Part shown: piece by piece, positions 62,200-64,000 of the stretch
Layout: each line of letters begins with the position of its first letter
Position numbering within the stretch: position 1 is the first letter of the stretch
Assembly (NCBI GenBank): GCA_951406725.2
Contig: OX597825.1
Span: 36,952,001-37,016,000 of the forward strand
Reading direction: 5' to 3'
DNA: 64,000 nt
Origin: Octopus vulgaris
Lineage: Eukaryota
Made by a program: the position numbers and the translations under genes
The notes under the pieces: generated by a model
Seen by the model: only the letters and a program-made list of their open reading frames with translations
Databases searched by the model: none
What the model was told of the DNA's origin: nothing

Positions 62200-63880
62200 C
62201 CTGGAACGTAAACAATACCACAATCGTGATGCAAAGTGAGCAAGTGAACTACGGAATGAGTATTGTGTAACTATTTGTCCCCAAACCTATAATATCAACA
62301 AAGAACCTTTCCTGACTGTTGTTGCAAAACTAATGAAAAGGGGGTTACTCGAAAGAGACTTGATAGTCGGTTATTGATACAAAAAGTTTATGTTCTACAT
62401 GGCGACCCCCGAAAGAATGCTCAACACTGAGCCCGACGTACCAGTGTGGTTGACAGTGGTACATACCGCATTAATCCCTAGGAACATATTCAAAATCTAC
62501 AGACCCACAGAATATCTGAATATCATGTATAAATTGTACGCAGGTTGCTTAAATGCTTTCCTTCAGGACCACCGTGAAACATATAATGTGGTGTCTGACG
62601 ATCAGACAGTAGGAAATAATGTCTGGGTATGTGGAGAACAACTCCTCATCAACAAAGCTGTTCTCAAGGAAGCGAAACAGTATCACTTAAACCCGTTAAC
62701 AATATGGCTAAACTATAAGAAGGTGTTTGACTCTGTTGCTTAATTATGGATATCAATTTGCCTTGTGAATACTATTAAAAGTGTGACAGCAATATGGTCC
62801 ACAGAACTATTAAAAAGAACAGAAACTACTACAGTAGTCACTAATAAAATTAGTGTGTCAACAGGAATATTACAGATGTCAGCTCGTCTAATGATTCCCA
62901 TAGTTGTAGTGAGCCCCTTGTGAGCCCTGTTAAAGAAATGTAATGGCTACAGGGGCTGCTGAGGATAGAAAAATTAAATTCACTTACGCATTTTTGTTGA
63001 CGACCTCAAGTAGCATCTGTGACACTAAGGGAAGACAATTAGAGCTGGTTGCAACATGCTCATGGGATATAAGAATGGAGTTAGTAAAACAAAGTAAGAT
63101 TGTCAGCCAGACAGAGAATATGAACATCTTTGGCTTGACTATCAGCGACGAATGCTACAGGTGTCTTGGAACTGACGAGAATATCGCATATATTGTCTAT
63201 GTAAGCAAAGCTAGAGTGACAAAAATACATTTCAGCAGACTACGGAAGATGTAGGAATCAAAGCTATCCACACCCAATAACATCATATCCCACAATGCTT
63301 TCGTTGTGCCTGTGCTAGTGTTAACATTTAGCATACTGGACTGGGCAAACGAAGAAATGTGTAGCCAAAGCATCAAAACAAGTGAAGTATTAATAACCAC
63401 TGGTAACTTTTTCATCAACAGTGATATCAACAAGATCTATGTAAAACGGAAGAATGAATGTAGAGGCATAAGACATGTCCAGACAGTCTTAAAGTGCCGT
63501 AAGGTTTCACTCAGACAACACTTATCGAATAGCAAAGAGAAGAAATATGTATATCGGATGTACACGCGAAGGCGAGTAACATTATGAGAGTAAGCAAAAA
63601 ATTCTTGAGTAGGTATTTTAAGTGTACAGATGTTCTATGCGAGGCTAAGGTCGCTGCATGGGCCTACACAAACAGAGACTTGGAGGAGAAATACTCATCA
63701 TACCAGCAGAAAGTAATGCTTGGATACATATCCAGTTGTTGGTATTATAAGTAAGCTTATAATACCAGCAACAGTTACAAAAGTAATAGTAGTCTCTCCT
63801 AGAGTTGAGATAAGTACATAATTTCTCATCTAAACAGGAACAGAAGACTGCCACTAAATACTTGATAAACAAAGAAGCGA
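62200..63880 (+). mobile_element. Decayed R4-like LINE RT fragment
   Basis: YRP..LNIMYKLY, EQLLINKAVLKEAK, IWLNYKKVFDSV, SDINKIYVKR..RG. Confidence 0.72.
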
Positions 63881-63908
63881 GCGAGAGAGAGGGAGAGAGA
63901 GAGAGAGA

Positions 63909-63982
<74 letters not shown>
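63878..63982. repeat. (GA)n microsatellite
   Basis: Direct reading; another at 58225-58365. Confidence 0.97.
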
Positions 63983-63985
<3 letters not shown>

Positions 63986-64000
63986 AAACCTCCAAACAGT

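Overview
AT-rich, gene-poor eukaryotic nuclear DNA made almost entirely of microsatellites and nested transposable elements. The tRNA-derived SINE families and a mollusc-type ND4 NUMT suggest a cephalopod such as Octopus (inference). Most ORF-track entries are artefacts of simple repeats. The one near-intact coding unit is a full-length CR1-group LINE (35034-39765, TTAAAT TSD) inserted into the RT core of a decayed Penelope-like element. Its ORF1 is PHD finger + polyQ + coiled coil + RRM-like. Its ORF2 (APE+RT) has no usable ATG and is reached from ORF1 by a correctly phased G_GGA_AAC slippery heptamer directly before the ORF1 stop, a candidate -1 programmed ribosomal frameshift giving an ORF1-ORF2 fusion. 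Also present: several hammerhead-ribozyme-like motifs with palindromic stem III, often with a greatly extended stem II and often inside long inverted repeats; an ORF1-only Tx1/L1-like element with terminal direct repeats; R4/Dong, Penelope, Gypsy, mariner/Tc1, hAT, piggyBac and Helitron relics; and one possible host exon. Coordinates of degenerate elements are approximate and were read by eye.
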